Shown one piece after another: positions 61,895 to 64,000 of a stretch of 64,000 bases of DNA. Numbering within the stretch: the first letter of the stretch is position 1; the number at the start of each line of letters is the position of its first letter. The stretch is from the NCBI GenBank assembly GCA_029974835.1, contig JARKQN010000022.1, positions 699-64,698 on the forward strand. Reading direction: 5' to 3'. The notes under the pieces were generated by a model, which made no database searches, had not been told where the DNA came from, and was given only the letters and a program-made list of their open reading frames with translations. The DNA comes from Bacteroidales bacterium. Lineage in GTDB: Bacteria > Bacteroidota > Bacteroidia > Bacteroidales > VadinHA17. The position numbers were made by a program, and so were the translations under genes.

Positions 61895-64000
61895 ATGGAT
61901 TTCATTATCAAAAGAAAGGTCCTCATCAGCATGCTCTTCCTGGGGCTATCCATCCTGGGATACATTTCGTACCAGAGGCTTCCTGTTGAGCTTTTCCCGA
62001 ACGCCGAACTGCCCAATCTCATTGTCCAGGTATCCACCCCGCTTGAAATGGATCCGGCTTACATTGAAAGTCAGGCTGTGATACCTCTTGAAGGGGCCAT
62101 CGGCACACTTGAGGGAGTGGAAAAGATAGAATCCAACATCACTTCCCGGAGCGGTACAATCGTTATCTATCTAACGCAGAAGGCTGACATCAAATACAGC
62201 AATCTGAAGCTGCAGGAAAAGATTAACCTTGTCAGAAGTTCAATACCTGAGGAGTTTGTGATAAATGTGATCAGGGTGGATCTTGAACAGCTTACGGGTC
62301 AGTTTATGGAACTGCAGGTAAGAGGAGAAGGAGGTACTGACCGGATAAGAAACATAGCCGACCGTGATATCAGACCCGAATTCGAAAATCTTGACGGCAT
62401 AGCAGGAGTGGAGGTTTTTGGCGGGCAGGAAAACTCCATTGAGGTAAGGCTTAATGAAAGAGCCTGCAAGGCTTATGGAATTACCATGAACCAGGTGCGA
62501 AACCTCCTGAACAATAATTCCGGAAATAAGATATTTACAGGCCGTGTAACCGACGGCACGCAAAAATACTTTGTTAACATAACATCCGAATACACAGATG
62601 TTTCTGAGATCGGGAATATCACAGTCAAACAGGATGGCCCTGTACTTCTGAAAGATATTGCTGAAATATTCTTCGGAGTCAAGGAGCAGACTTCATACAG
62701 CAGGATTAATGGTCTTGACGCGGTGACCATCAACCTTGTGAACGACAATCAGGCCAATATAATTGACCTGGCCCGCCGAACCAGGGCCCTTGTGCATTCT
62801 TTTAACAAAAGACTTAAAGCTCTTGGTGTCGAAATAGTTATTCAGAACGACACGACAGAGGTGATGGAACGCAATATCAACCAGATCATTAACCTCGCTC
62901 TCACCGGAGGCATCCTTGCCGTCATTGTCCTCTGGTTCTTCCTGCGCAACCTGCGACTGGTTACAGTGATTGCGTTGTCAATACCTGTTTCGGTTTACAC
63001 CGCCTTTAATTTCTTTTACGGTGCCGGGATAACCATAAACAGTCTCACGCTGGTGGGCATGGCCCTGGCCATCGGTATGCTGGTCGACAACTCGGTTGTG
63101 GTTCTTGAGAATATCTACCGTCTCTCAGGACAGGGCTTAAAGGCGGAAGATGCCGTAAAAAGCGGCACCACCGAAGTAGTGAAAGCCGTTATAGCTGCTA
63201 CCCTTACTACTGTAACAGTATTCCTGCCCTTTGTCTTTTCTTCCAACTTCATGATAAAGATGATTGGCAAGAACATCGGGGTGTCGATAATATCCACCCT
63301 TTCTGTCTCCCTTCTTGCGGCCCTGATGCTGATTCCGATGGCTACCTATTACATTCTTAAAGGTAGGAGCGGCGGCAGTTCGGAAGTTTTTAAAAGGCTT
63401 TCGATCCACAACCGCCTTGTGCAGGCATATCACCTCGTGCTCAAGGAGAGCATGAGAAGGCCTGCCTCTACAATTATCGGCACACTTGTTGTCTTCTTCG
63501 CAGCCCTCCTTATAAGCCTGACCCTCAGTATAAGTTCAACACGTGAAGTGCAGACACCCGACTTCAGATTGTCGGTTAAGATGCCGGCGGGCTCAACTCT
63601 CGAAAAAACCGATGCCGTGGTGGCGGAAATTGAATCGAGGTTATCATCACTGCCGGAAAAGGGAGATATTGTAAGCCGTATTGAAGAAGAACAGGCCTCA
63701 GTAACAATTTCACTTGCGGAAGACTGGAATAAAAAAAGTAAAAGGAGCCTTCCGGAAATCAAGAACGACATAAATGAAAAAGTAAAGAATATTTCCACAG
63801 CAGAGATAACACTCGATGATGTTTCATCAGGCGGGGGTTCTACGGGCGGGGGCGGCGGTACTCTGAACCCGGGAGCAGGATTTATGAACCTGCTTGGCGT
63901 CGGAACACAGAGTGAAAGTATCATTATAAAGGGTGAAGATTCCCCGAAAATGAAAATCGTTGCCGACGACATTAAATCCTATCTCGATGAATTGTCCTCC
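61895..64000 (+). CDS. Second RND efflux permease, 3' truncated by the window edge (absent from the ORF track)
   Basis: ATG 61895: MDFIIKRKVLISMLFLGLSILGYISYQRLPVELFP; GMLVDNSVVVLENIY near 63070-63120; the frame is consistent with the window end (702 codons). Confidence 0.9.
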   Translation, partial: MDFIIKRKVLISMLFLGLSILGYISYQRLPVELFPNAELPNLIVQVSTPLEMDPAYIESQAVIPLEGAIGTLEGVEKIESNITSRSGTIVIYLTQKADIKYSNLKLQEKINLVRSSIPEEFVINVIRVDLEQLTGQFMELQVRGEGGTDRIRNIADRDIRPEFENLDGIAGVEVFGGQENSIEVRLNERACKAYGITMNQVRNLLNNNSGNKIFTGRVTDGTQKYFVNITSEYTDVSEIGNITVKQDGPVLLKDIAEIFFGVKEQTSYSRINGLDAVTINLVNDNQANIIDLARRTRALVHSFNKRLKALGVEIVIQNDTTEVMERNINQIINLALTGGILAVIVLWFFLRNLRLVTVIALSIPVSVYTAFNFFYGAGITINSLTLVGMALAIGMLVDNSVVVLENIYRLSGQGLKAEDAVKSGTTEVVKAVIAATLTTVTVFLPFVFSSNFMIKMIGKNIGVSIISTLSVSLLAALMLIPMATYYILKGRSGGSSEVFKRLSIHNRLVQAYHLVLKESMRRPASTIIGTLVVFFAALLISLTLSISSTREVQTPDFRLSVKMPAGSTLEKTDAVVAEIESRLSSLPEKGDIVSRIEEEQASVTISLAEDWNKKSKRSLPEIKNDINEKVKNISTAEITLDDVSSGGGSTGGGGGTLNPGAGFMNLLGVGTQSESIIIKGEDSPKMKIVADDIKSYLDELSS

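Noticed and set aside
61855-63972. Several minus-strand ORFs at the window end
   Set aside because: Shadows of the plus-strand second RND gene that the track omits.

Overview
A 64 kb, gene-dense chromosomal segment of a Bacteroidota (Bacteroidales-like) bacterium. Evidence for the phylum: TAnnTTTG -7 promoter elements in front of many genes, a fused lpxC-fabZ, rprXY, a T9SS sorting domain and a SusC-type plug. It is mostly housekeeping: miaB, aspS, tadA, gdhA, dprA, tatD, asparaginase, tRNA-Ser(GGA), tRNA-Arg(CCG), leuS, purN, acpP-fabF-rnc, lepA, groESL, secG, lptE, kdsB, queG, sufBCDSE-sufT and lpxD/lpxC-fabZ/lpxA. I saw no transposase, integrase, prophage, CRISPR array or rRNA. The most interesting signals are: (1) two putative minus-strand small RNAs flanking rprXY that are complementary to each other in two blocks (10+7 nt); one has a sigma54-like promoter and a seed antisense to CTATGAAAAA start-codon regions, suggesting an sRNA plus sponge pair; (2) a ~175 bp highly structured element bracketed by an 18 bp duplication of the tRNA-Ser 3' end; (3) an operon joining an ABC ATPase, a 1180 aa permease/pseudo-M1-peptidase, TolC, an MFP and two RND pumps, the second of which is missing from the ORF track because it runs off the window; (4) a sigma54/IHF-like promoter for groESL downstream of a sensor-less enhancer-binding protein. 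All calls are by eye; no searches were run.
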